Notes: a model not told the origin generated them from the sequence alone. A DNA stretch of 64,000 nucleotides from a virus (IMGVR_UViG_3300007351_000001); one strand, 5' to 3'. Counted from the stretch's first letter, positions 15,850 through 23,739 are shown. Numbers and translations are program-made.

Positions 15850-15955
15850 AGAGGTCTTCGACCGCGGCTTCAAGCAGCTCGTGCACCGGCGCGCCTGCAT
15901 GCACCGGTACCGACAGACACGACGCCGCGCTCGCAAAGGGAAGGAGCAACGATGA
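15794..15955 (+). CDS. small Cys/His-rich protein (53 aa; MWRMCPVCRLK...HRRACMHRY)
   Basis: Alternative frame overlapping the end of 15478..15849; ends with ATGA overlap onto the GT4 start. Confidence 0.4.
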   Translation: MWRMCPVCRLKVQNHKDGEEVFDRGFKQLVHRRACMHRYRQTRRRARKGKEQR

Positions 15956-16938
15956 GGATCGGAATGGGCGGGCACATCTACCCGCTACCACCGCGCGGCT
16001 ACGGTGGCGTCGAGCGCGTCGCCGCCTGGTGGTGCGACGAACTCACGCGCCGTGGGCACTACGTGCATATCTTCGGGCATCCCGACAGCTCGTGCGCGCA
16101 CGACCGACTGACCCCCGCGTACGCGCAGCAACACGTCGATGGCTTCGGGCCGGCCTACGCGCAGCTGGGCGACGACCTCGACCTGATTCACGACAACTCG
16201 GACTCGCACCCGTCACCGATGCGTTGGTGTCGGCCCGGCGGGGTCCAGCGACCCTTCGTGCACACCGTGCACGCGTGCGTCTGGCACCGCGGTAGTCCCT
16301 GCCCGGTCTTCCTTTCGCAGAACCAGGCGCGCTGGTTCGGTGCCGAGAACCCGGTGATCGCGCACAACGGCTTCCCGACTGACGCGTTCACCGTCGAGAC
16401 CAACAAGGAGGACTTCTTCCTCTGGTGCGGTTCGCTGCGGACCTGCAAGGCACCGGAGATGGCGATCCAGCTCTGTGAAGAGACCGGCGAGCGCTTGAAG
16501 ATCATCGGTCCGATCCAAGACGGCCGCTATCACCACTTCCCGCAGTCGTACCCGCGTGGGGGCCAGATCGAGTACTTGGGCGAGATGGGCGCGCAGCGCA
16601 TGGAGTACTTCCGCAAGGCGAAGGGGTTCCTCTACACCTGCTCGCAGGACTGGATGGAGGGGATGTGCCTCGTGCTCTGCGAGGCGATGCTCTCCGGCAC
16701 GCCGGTGATCGGCCTGGTGACACCGAACAACACCATCGTCGAAGAGGTCGTGCAGAATGGGCTCGGTGGGTACGCGTGCAAGGACTACGAGACGATGCGC
16801 GGCGCGATCACCAACGGCCTCTACCGACTCTGCTCGCCGCAGGAATGCCGCGAGAACGGGGAGCGATTCTCGATCGAGCGCACCGTCGATCGCTACCTGC
16901 AGATCTACCAGGACGCGCTCGGCGGGAAGGTGTGGTGA
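15952..16938 (+). CDS. glycosyltransferase family 4 / GT-B fold (328 aa)
   Basis: GGVERVAAWWCDELTRRGHYVH N-domain and CEAMLSGTPVIG (EX7E-type) C-domain; strong AAGGGAAGGAG RBS. Confidence 0.8.
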   Translation: MRIGMGGHIYPLPPRGYGGVERVAAWWCDELTRRGHYVHIFGHPDSSCAHDRLTPAYAQQHVDGFGPAYAQLGDDLDLIHDNSDSHPSPMRWCRPGGVQRPFVHTVHACVWHRGSPCPVFLSQNQARWFGAENPVIAHNGFPTDAFTVETNKEDFFLWCGSLRTCKAPEMAIQLCEETGERLKIIGPIQDGRYHHFPQSYPRGGQIEYLGEMGAQRMEYFRKAKGFLYTCSQDWMEGMCLVLCEAMLSGTPVIGLVTPNNTIVEEVVQNGLGGYACKDYETMRGAITNGLYRLCSPQECRENGERFSIERTVDRYLQIYQDALGGKVW

Positions 16939-17216
16939 TGCCGATCGGACTCGAAGTCGACATGCTGCCGCAGGAGCGGTGGCCAGAAGCGCCGCCGCAC
17001 ATGCAGTACCTCGTCGAAAGAGAAACGCGCGATGGGGTGCCAACCGGAATCGGGTGGAACACGTCGCTCGGTTACTTCGTGATCCAATCGTCCGGACAGG
17101 GTCCGTACCTCATCGCGCAGGAGCGACACACCGACGAACGCCTGACCAGCGCGTCGTGTTGCTGCCAGACGTGCATTGAGCAGGCGCGTCGCGCACTCGC
17201 CATGGAGGAACTGTGA
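16938..17216 (+). CDS. hypothetical protein (92 aa)
   Basis: ATG overlapping the GT4 stop (TGATG); protein-like. Confidence 0.55.
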   Translation: MPIGLEVDMLPQERWPEAPPHMQYLVERETRDGVPTGIGWNTSLGYFVIQSSGQGPYLIAQERHTDERLTSASCCCQTCIEQARRALAMEEL

Positions 17217-17332
17217 CGCTCCTGACTCGCCTGGCGCGGACGATCTGGTACAAGCTCGACGGCATCGGGTGGGACGTCCCACACGGGCCGTTCACGCCGA
17301 CGTGGCGTGAGGCCTGGGAGGAAGCGGAATGA
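17213..17332 (+). CDS. possible small protein (39 aa)
   Basis: GTG start overlapping upstream stop (GTGA); ends ATGA into next gene; short. Confidence 0.3.
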   Translation: MTLLTRLARTIWYKLDGIGWDVPHGPFTPTWREAWEEAE

Positions 17333-17553
17333 GCAGTTCCATGTACTACCGCCAGTGCGTGCTGCGGGCTGGCTGCGAACAGCAGGTGCGCTGGATCCCG
17401 GAGACCTTCGCCCGCGTCGGCAAGTGGATCGTCGTCAAGGAGGACGGCTCCAACTGGTGTGTGAAGGAAGTTGGTGCAATGCGCGTCAGCGAGGAGTACC
17501 TTGCCGAACACGAACGAGACCACCTGCACCAGCGGGAAGCCTCGGACGTGTAA
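17329..17553 (+). CDS. hypothetical protein (74 aa)
   Basis: ORF track; stop immediately precedes tRNA-Phe. Confidence 0.55.
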   Translation: MSSSMYYRQCVLRAGCEQQVRWIPETFARVGKWIVVKEDGSNWCVKEVGAMRVSEEYLAEHERDHLHQREASDV

Positions 17554-17626
17554 GGCGAGATGGCAGAGTTGGTCAACGCGCCGGTCTGAAAAGCCGGACA
17601 TCTCGGTTCGATTCCGAGTCTCGCCA
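17554..17626 (+). tRNA. tRNA-Phe (anticodon GAA)
   Basis: Perfect acceptor GGCGAGA/TCTCGCC, U8, anticodon stem CCGGT/GCCGG with loop CTGAAAA, T-arm CTCGG-TTCGATT-CCGAG. Confidence 0.8.
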
Positions 17627-17646
17627 CTTGTTCGTGGAAGGGTTGT

Positions 17647-17721
17647 GGTGGCTGTAGCTCAGTTGGCTAGAGCGCGTGACTGTGGCTCACGAGGTCGAGG
17701 GTTCGATTCCCTCCAGTCACC
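17647..17721 (+). tRNA. tRNA-His (anticodon GTG) with G-1
   Basis: Extra 5' G pairing with C73; anticodon stem CGTGA/TCACG with loop CTGTGGC; T-arm GAGGG-TTCGATT-CCCTC. Confidence 0.8.
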
Positions 17722-17739
17722 CTTCTTTCGGAGGTGGGG

Positions 17740-18480
17740 ATGGTGGACGTGGCGGTGATCATGCCCGTGTACAACGAGCGGGCATGTCTGCATCAGGTGA
17801 TCGAGGAGTGGGTCGCGCTCTTGAAGCCGCTCGACGGCGTGCTCGTGCTCTGTGATGACGGCTCGACCGACGGCAGCGACGACGTCTGCCGAGAGTGGCA
17901 ACGGCTCGAACCGCAGCACGTCGTCGCCCGACGGCACGAGAACGTCGGCCACGGGCCGACCGTGTACTGGGGCTACCGGTACGCGCTCGACGAGCTGCGC
18001 GCGTGCTACGTCGCCCAGGCGGACTCTGACGGGCAGTTCCCCCCAGCCGGCCTCGACGAGCTGCTGAAGCACCGCCGTGGCGGTGTTGTGCTTGGCATCC
18101 GTCGGGATCGCCAGGACCCGCTGATCCGCCGGCTGCTCTCGAAGGCGATGCGCCGGATGAACTATGCCCTCTTCGGGGTGTGGGTCGAGGACGCCAACTG
18201 CCCGGTGCGCGTCATCTGGTCGGGCTACCTCGAACGCGTACTGCCGATGATCCCCCCGATGACGTTCGCACCGAACGTCTTGCTCTCCCTGCGCGCCGCG
18301 AAGGACGGCCGGCTCTTCACCAAGCCGATCCCCCACCGGCCGCGTGCCACCGGTACTGTGACCATCAACCGCCGCCTCCTCACGGTCTGCCTCCGCAACC
18401 TGGTCGAACTGCTTGCCTTCCGCCGTAACGGATTCCGTCGTGCGTTGGACGATCGTACGCGCACTCAGCGTCGGCATTGA
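17740..18480 (+). CDS. glycosyltransferase family 2, polyprenol-phosphate sugar transferase (DPM-synthase/GtrB-like)
   Basis: VIMPVYNERACL...LCDDGSTDGSDD motif; GGAGGTGGGG RBS before ATG 17740. Confidence 0.75.
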   Translation: MVDVAVIMPVYNERACLHQVIEEWVALLKPLDGVLVLCDDGSTDGSDDVCREWQRLEPQHVVARRHENVGHGPTVYWGYRYALDELRACYVAQADSDGQFPPAGLDELLKHRRGGVVLGIRRDRQDPLIRRLLSKAMRRMNYALFGVWVEDANCPVRVIWSGYLERVLPMIPPMTFAPNVLLSLRAAKDGRLFTKPIPHRPRATGTVTINRRLLTVCLRNLVELLAFRRNGFRRALDDRTRTQRRH

Positions 18481-18712
18481 CAGCACCGAGTTCCGGCTGC
18501 CGTATGCGGTCGATCGCCTCGCCTCGATTCGTGATCAGTTCCGTCGCGCACAGGGCATTCGCGATGGGCAGCACGTGCCGGCGTGGCAAGCCTACCCGTG
18601 GCTCGTCAAGCAGCGGCTGATCCGGCAGACGACTACCCCGATCATGAAGGTGCAGCTCGCCGTGCTCTGCACACGCCCGGTGGTCAAGCTGACCCCGGTA
18701 AAGCCATCATGA
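18440..18712 (+). CDS. possible small protein overlapping the GT2 3' end (~90 aa)
   Basis: ORF track 18413..18712; start uncertain (GTG). Confidence 0.35.
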   Translation: MRWTIVRALSVGIDSTEFRLPYAVDRLASIRDQFRRAQGIRDGQHVPAWQAYPWLVKQRLIRQTTTPIMKVQLAVLCTRPVVKLTPVKPS

Positions 18713-18998
18713 AGCGGTGCACCGCCATCGTCCGGTGGTAGCCGCAGATCGAGCACTCGCGCAGGTCGGTGTTCGGCATCACGTGCGGCTCGACCACCAC
18801 CCACTGCTCGGGGTGCTTCACCACGTTCATGAGACGCCGGGTCACTTCCAACCTGAAATGCCCACCGAACCCCGAGGCTTTGAGCCAGCGCACGCCGTCG
18901 CGCTGCACGAGCATCAGCTCTTCGCGGAGCCCATCGACCACTGGGCGATAGAGCAGGGCGCCACGCTCTAGCGCAGCGACCAACTCCGCAGCGGTCAT
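18684..18998 (-). CDS. hypothetical protein (104 aa)
   Basis: Protein-like; CSICGYH motif. Confidence 0.55.
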   Translation of the reverse strand: MTAAELVAALERGALLYRPVVDGLREELMLVQRDGVRWLKASGFGGHFRLEVTRRLMNVVKHPEQWVVVEPHVMPNTDLRECSICGYHRTMAVHRFMMALPGSA

Positions 18999-19423
18999 CC
19001 GGTAGGTGGGACGACGTGAAAGCCGGCGTCGCGCACGGCTCGATCGAAACGCTGGTAATCGAGCGGGTGCGCATCGACGCCGCGCCGCGGGTCCGGATCC
19101 ATCGGTGGGTCGAACGTCAGAGCTGCTCCGAACGCATGCGTGAACACCGCAATCATCGGCAGCGAGATCTGCTGCAGCGGCGTCCAGCGGAGCACATCGT
19201 GCGCGAGCGTCACCACGTGCCGGCGCTGTTCAGGCCAGCGATCGAAGGCGACGTTGTCCCGCACGGCAGCAAGGTGCGCCTTGGTGCGCTCGTAGTGGCC
19301 CGTCACGGCGTCCGGGACGATCGTCCGGTAGCCGCTCCACTCGTAGAGTTCGCCGAGCGCACGAGACAGTTCGCCCTGCGCGTCTTCCTCGGAATCGCTG
19401 AAGCTGTCGGCCATCATCCACAC
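18995..19423 (-). CDS. hypothetical protein (142 aa)
   Basis: ORF track, protein-like; 4-nt overlap downstream. Confidence 0.6.
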   Translation of the reverse strand: MWMMADSFSDSEEDAQGELSRALGELYEWSGYRTIVPDAVTGHYERTKAHLAAVRDNVAFDRWPEQRRHVVTLAHDVLRWTPLQQISLPMIAVFTHAFGAALTFDPPMDPDPRRGVDAHPLDYQRFDRAVRDAGFHVVPPTG

Positions 19424-19450
19424 GCCCTTTCCCCACCAGCAGCATCGGTC

Positions 19451-20089
19451 TCAGTTCCCGTCCCAGTCCAAGATCCCGAGCCGCTTGTCAACCATCCACT
19501 GCGCTTCCGCGGAGAGCTGGGGGTAGTTCGAGGGGCGCTGCAACGCAGCCAGCGCGGACGGGGACGGCGTGTGGTGCGTGACGAACTCCGGCAGGTGCTC
19601 CCCGACGATGAAGAGCGACGCCTGCGGGCTCACTTCCTCTGGCCGGCGGATGAACGAGGCCTGGCAGAGGTCGCCGTTCCAGTACGACCGAGCCTGCGCG
19701 ATGTTCTCGTGGAGCCGCTGCTCGCCGGTGTTCAAGTCGCGCTGGTTCCAGATGATCACGCGATCGAGATGCGGCTTGTGGAGCACGACGAAGTCGACGA
19801 GCTGGGGAATCGACCGCGGCTCGACCCACACCCGGTCATCATCGTGCCAGCGCCCGACGACGGTGGCGTAGTCCGCGCCGGCATCGAACGCGGCCTGCAC
19901 CTCCTCGTCGGTCGTATGCAGGCCCTTGGCGAGGATGCGCTTCCACGTCGACGCCTTCGCCTTCCGGACGAGGTCGAGGCTGCCGCCCCACCGAGCATCG
20001 GTGTGTACCGAGATGAGGTCCCCGTGCTGGTGCGCAAGGGCGAAGCGCTCCTCCCAGCTCTCAGGCGCCCGGAAGCCGAACGGGCTCAT
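19451..20089 (-). CDS. TIM-barrel protein resembling indole-3-glycerol-phosphate synthase (TrpC-like), ~212 aa
   Basis: VAEVKTMSPFG...ISVHTDARWGGSLDLVRKAKA...LAKGLHTTDEEVQAAFDAGADYATVV resembles IGPS motifs (IAEIKxxSPS / ISVLTD..F.GS / RKDFI.D..Q..EA...GAD). Confidence 0.5.
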   Translation of the reverse strand: MSPFGFRAPESWEERFALAHQHGDLISVHTDARWGGSLDLVRKAKASTWKRILAKGLHTTDEEVQAAFDAGADYATVVGRWHDDDRVWVEPRSIPQLVDFVVLHKPHLDRVIIWNQRDLNTGEQRLHENIAQARSYWNGDLCQASFIRRPEEVSPQASLFIVGEHLPEFVTHHTPSPSALAALQRPSNYPQLSAEAQWMVDKRLGILDWDGN

Positions 20090-20130
20090 CGTCTTGACCT
20101 CAGCCACGAAGAGCGGCCGTCCCAGCCTGC

Positions 20131-20613
20131 TCACGCGGCCTCCAGTGGCGGCGGTCCGCCGTACGAGTAGGCGCCCACATGGCCGTCGGGGAGTGGCCAC
20201 TGGCGTCCGGACTGTTCATGGCTGATGCTGACGATGGTCGCGCGGATGTTGAAGAAGCGGGCGTCCAGATGCGCGCAGTTGAAAAACGTGCGCATTTCGT
20301 TGATCCACGGTTCGAGCTTCGCATGCGTGACCCGTCCCACGATCACACAGAAGGGCTGGAATGGCTTCAGCTCGTCGTACACACAGAACATCGACGGGAC
20401 GGTGATCCGTCGCTTCAGACGGCCCTGACGCGGCCCAGGCGGGCCGAACACGTCGTGTCGTGGACAGACCGCAGCGACGCGATTCCCCATCCGCAGCAAA
20501 ACCCGCCGCACCGCCCCGTGGTCTCGGCCGTGGCGGTCGACCCGCGGCAGTCGCTCCTGGTCCGTGCGGTACTTCACGTAGAGCGTGCACGAGCGGTTCT
20601 CGAACGACGACAT
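20131..20613 (-). CDS. hypothetical protein (~160 aa)
   Basis: Trimmed to ATG 20611-20613 (MSSFENRSCTLYVKY...); upstream ORF portion is junk. Confidence 0.55.
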   Translation of the reverse strand: MSSFENRSCTLYVKYRTDQERLPRVDRHGRDHGAVRRVLLRMGNRVAAVCPRHDVFGPPGPRQGRLKRRITVPSMFCVYDELKPFQPFCVIVGRVTHAKLEPWINEMRTFFNCAHLDARFFNIRATIVSISHEQSGRQWPLPDGHVGAYSYGGPPPLEAA

Positions 20614-20642
20614 GGGAGGCCAGCGGACCGTCCAGGACCGTC

Positions 20643-21044
20643 TCACCAGACCCAGCCACCAGGCCAGGCGTAGCCGTAGTCGTAGACCCCAGGCTGCGGG
20701 CGGACGATGACGATGCTCGACCCGGTCGCCTCGCACGTCGACTCGCCCGGTGCGCACTGCACCGTTTCCAGCTGGCGGGTACGCCGGCCGTCAGTCACTG
20801 CCGCGGCACCTGGCGGCACCTGCACCACGCTGATCGGCGGCTGTGTCTGCAGGACCGGGAAGTACCCACAGCCGGTCGCAAACACGCCGAGGTAGATGAT
20901 GCCAGCCACGACGGCGGCAATGCCGAACGGGTGATCTGTGAGCACGCTCCGCGCGACAGCGGCCCACGACGGCTCCTGGGGTAACGGTTCGTCTCGTCTG
21001 ACGATGACCATCCGACCATCGACCCTCTTCCACTCGTGGCACAT
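20643..21044 (-). CDS. membrane protein (133 aa, one TM helix)
   Basis: FGIAAVVAGIIYLGVFATG hydrophobic segment. Confidence 0.5.
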   Translation of the reverse strand: MCHEWKRVDGRMVIVRRDEPLPQEPSWAAVARSVLTDHPFGIAAVVAGIIYLGVFATGCGYFPVLQTQPPISVVQVPPGAAAVTDGRRTRQLETVQCAPGESTCEATGSSIVIVRPQPGVYDYGYAWPGGWVW

Positions 21045-21071
21045 GCTGAGCCCTCCCGGCCGAGGACTCTA

Positions 21072-21356
21072 TTACAGGTCGGAAGATCCCTGCAACAGCA
21101 AAAAGACGCCCTCTGCGGCCAACGCGTTGGCCGTGACGTCCATCGTTGCGTCTTCGTACCGATCATCCAGCCACTGCTGACCGCAGCCGTAGCAGATGCC
21201 GGCGGGGTAGGTGATCACCTGACTGACATCACCCCAGTAGATCTTGGACTGCGTCTCGTGGAACTCGGTGCTATCGCTCTCACCACAGTTCGGACAGCGG
21301 GCTCGCCGTGCCGCCGCTTGCTCCGCGGTTTCCAGATCCCCCGTGTCGAGCGACAT
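21072..21356 (-). CDS. zinc-ribbon protein (94 aa; CPNCG...CYGCG)
   Basis: ATG at 21354-21356. Preceded on the same strand by a 14-codon uORF (MFGIGMLCGLFLAW) whose stop overlaps this start (TGATG). Confidence 0.6.
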   Translation of the reverse strand: MSLDTGDLETAEQAAARRARCPNCGESDSTEFHETQSKIYWGDVSQVITYPAGICYGCGQQWLDDRYEDATMDVTANALAAEGVFLLLQGSSDL

Positions 21357-21429
21357 CACCAGGCGAGGAAGAGACCGCAGAGCATGCCGATCCCGAACAT
21401 CACCCAGGACCGGTGCCGGACGTGCCACG

Positions 21430-21785
21430 GCTGCTGCGCTGGAGGTGGTGCCACCCGTAGCCGACGCGGGAAGTGCACGACCTGGTGCATGCCTCGATCT
21501 AGCGCACTTCTCGGCCGTCCGTCCAATGGCCCATTGAAGGAGCCATTGAAGGGGGCACTGTATGCGCCCTTCAATGGCCCAATACAGACAAGGCAGCTCC
21601 CTCTGAGTATTTAGGCAAACGCCTCGCTGCGCTCCCGCCTTCGGCTCCGCTCCGCTCGCAGGGGTTCTCCTGATGGCGCCAGGGGCGCGCAGCGTAAGCG
21701 TAGCGCCCCCGCGCCCTACATATGCTTTTTTTGTTCTCTCTGAGTATTTTTAGGCAAACAGGAGGGGGTGTGGGGGAACCGCCGG
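21430..21785. repeat. complex intergenic region with iteron-like 11-mers, a duplicated AT-rich 20-mer and GC palindromes
   Basis: CCATTGAAGG(G) at 21531 and 21543, its reverse complement at 21567, and partial CCAATGG. CTCTGAGTATTT(TT)AGGCAAAC at 21601-21620 and 21736-21760. T7 run at 21726-21732. Confidence 0.6.
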
Positions 21786-22463
21786 TCAGCCCCGTTTCGC
21801 GTCGAGTTTCGCCGTCAGCTCGACCTCGGCGGCGAGGCCGGCCGGGTCCGCGAACAGATCGCGGAAGGCGGTCTTCGGCAGCGGGATCTCCTGCAGCATC
21901 TCGATGTACGGATCGACCGAAAGCCACCGGTCGCTGTCGATGATGGTGATCTGCAGCGCAGAGCGGAAGCTGAGCTTGGTCCGGGTGATCGCCTCCCACA
22001 CCAGCCGGCGCCGACGCCATTCCGCCGCGGTGACGTCCTTGGGCCGGTCTGTGTGGTTCCAGTAGTCGAAGCGGGTCAGCTCCGGCATCTCGTCCATGAA
22101 CGCGAACACGTCCTCGAACAGCCAGTCGCTGATCGGCCGGAGGTAGTGTGTGCGGCGATGCTCGTGCACGATGACGTGGCAGTCGAAGTGGAAGGGGTTA
22201 CGGCGCGGGGACTTCAGCTGGGCCAAGTACTGCTGCCGCACGAAGTCGTGGACGTGCTCTAGCCGCGCCATTTCTTCCCCGACCGTCTTCATACGCTCGA
22301 CGATCTCGGGGAGGTTTGGTTTCAGCTCCCGTGTGAGGTCTTGGTAGAGCTTGCGGAGGATCGCCTGAGCGTACCGCTCGCCCTCGCGCTGGATCGTGCG
22401 CACGACTGACCAGAGTTGCCGGCTGTTGGTGAGACGGTAGGCTGGTGTGATCACCACGCTCAT
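21786..22463 (-). CDS. hypothetical protein (225 aa)
   Basis: Long protein-like ORF; ATG at 22461-22463. Confidence 0.7.
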   Translation of the reverse strand: MSVVITPAYRLTNSRQLWSVVRTIQREGERYAQAILRKLYQDLTRELKPNLPEIVERMKTVGEEMARLEHVHDFVRQQYLAQLKSPRRNPFHFDCHVIVHEHRRTHYLRPISDWLFEDVFAFMDEMPELTRFDYWNHTDRPKDVTAAEWRRRRLVWEAITRTKLSFRSALQITIIDSDRWLSVDPYIEMLQEIPLPKTAFRDLFADPAGLAAEVELTAKLDAKRG

Positions 22464-22482
22464 CGTCGTCTCCAGGAAGAAG

Positions 22483-22557
22483 AGCCCGCGGAGGGAGTCG
22501 AACCCCCGGCCCGCTGCTTACGAAGCAGCCGCTCTGGCCAGACTGAGCTACACGGGC
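22483..22557 (-). tRNA. tRNA-Thr (anticodon CGT)
   Basis: Acceptor GCCCGTG/CGCGGGC, D-arm TAGCTCAGTCTGGCCAGAGC, anticodon stem GCTGC/GCAGC loop TTCGTAA, T-loop TTCGACT. Confidence 0.8.
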
Positions 22558-22570
22558 GTGTGAAAGGGAG

Positions 22571-22642
22571 TGGGCTCGGCGAGAGTCGAACTCGCACCAC
22601 TCGGCTTAAAAGGCCGATGCTCACCAACTGAGCTACGAGCCC
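22571..22642 (-). tRNA. tRNA-Lys (anticodon TTT)
   Basis: Perfect acceptor GGGCTCG/CGAGCCC, anticodon stem TCGGC/GCCGA loop CTTTTAA, T-arm GCGAG-TTCGACT-CTCGC. Confidence 0.8.
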
Positions 22643-22867
22643 AGGGAAGGGCTCGCGTCATTTCAGCCGAGTCATCATGAGGGAAGGAAGGGGTACGCCT
22701 CCAAACCGCTGCCACCAGCCCGAGAACGGGAGCCTGACGCCCCGTCGCGTCGCATTACTGCGCGCATCAGCTATCTGGTGGATTTGGCGCATCGTTCACC
22801 GTTCGGCGTTCAATCGTGCGATCAAGCAACCCTGCGCTTTGCGGCTATGAGCTTTTCGATCCGTTGG

Positions 22868-22940
22868 GATCAAGTACGGGAGTTGAACCCGTTACCTTCT
22901 GGTTTCAGGCCAGACGCTCTACCAAATGAGCTAACTTGGG
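22868..22940 (-). tRNA. atypical tRNA-like gene (loop CCUGAAA: C33, anticodon UGA or shifted GAA; two mismatches at top of acceptor stem)
   Basis: Canonical 73-nt layout with D-arm GCTCATTTGGTAGAGC and T-arm ACGGG-TTCAACT-CCCGT. Pairs 1-72 and 2-71 are C-T and C-A. Class I body despite a Ser-type anticodon. Confidence 0.45.
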
Positions 22941-22990
22941 TATGCCACGCTTCTCTCGCTTCGCTGCCGAAGGCGTACCGCGGTCTCCTC

Positions 22991-23539
22991 TCAGTCGTCG
23001 ATTGTGATCTTGGTCGTCGCGTTCAGGAGCGAGAGCTTGCCGTCGAGATCACCGAGCGTCTTCTCGATGGCCTCGATCTCGGCCGTCAGCTCCGACTCCT
23101 TGACGTTGATGATCACAGTCTCTTCCGGTTTACCAGCGCTCGTGTCGCCGGCCTGTACGACCTGCCGCCCGCGCGCCTGGTTGCGCGTGTGCTGGATTGT
23201 CTGGAAGAGCTGCGCCAGGTACTGCTTCTGGCCCTCGGAGATCTCCCGGCGCCAGGTGAGCCACCCCGCCAGCGTGCGCGTCCGCTCGCCGAGTGTCAGC
23301 GTGACCTCTTGGTTCTTCGCCTGGACCGCGGTGCGGATCCGGATCACGCGCTCTTCGAGGTCGTTGATCGCCTGCCGCTCGCGCCGGATGAACTCGGCCG
23401 ACCCGCCGTCGATGTCCTCCATCGGATCGCGCAACTGCCCGCCGCGTGCCAGGTACGGGATGATCGACTCGCGCTTCTTCCCGAGCCGGGCTTCGATCGT
23501 CTTGATCTCGGCCAGGGCCTCCGTGATCGTCGTCTCCAT
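22991..23539 (-). CDS. hypothetical coiled-coil protein (182 aa)
   Basis: ATG 23537-23539 with GAGGAGGAAGG RBS; METTITEALAEIKTIEARLGKK... Confidence 0.65.
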   Translation of the reverse strand: METTITEALAEIKTIEARLGKKRESIIPYLARGGQLRDPMEDIDGGSAEFIRRERQAINDLEERVIRIRTAVQAKNQEVTLTLGERTRTLAGWLTWRREISEGQKQYLAQLFQTIQHTRNQARGRQVVQAGDTSAGKPEETVIINVKESELTAEIEAIEKTLGDLDGKLSLLNATTKITIDD

Positions 23540-23553
23540 TTTTGCCTTCCTCC

Positions 23554-23739
23554 TCACAGGTCGAGCTTGCGGGGTGGCCGACTCTCGAACAGCTCCTGGA
23601 GCTTCACCGATTCCACCTCTCCGGAGGTGAAGGCGGCGCACACACGTTCGACCAATGCCCGCCCCGCAAGCCGCGCGGCGACGTCGTCCGTGCCGGGCAC
23701 GCGCAACCGGACGACCAGTTGGTAGTTGTTCCCGTCCAT
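23554..23739 (-). CDS. hypothetical small protein (61 aa)
   Basis: ATG 23737-23739 (MDGNNYQLVVRLRVPG...). Confidence 0.5.
   Translation of the reverse strand: MDGNNYQLVVRLRVPGTDDVAARLAGRALVERVCAAFTSGEVESVKLQELFESRPPRKLDL

Noticed and set aside
21356-21574. 72-aa ORF listed in the track across the iteron region
   Set aside because: The translation is Pro/Arg/Gly-rich except for the last 14 codons, which form the short uORF noted in the findings. The rest overlaps the repeat and hairpin elements and is unlikely to be coding.
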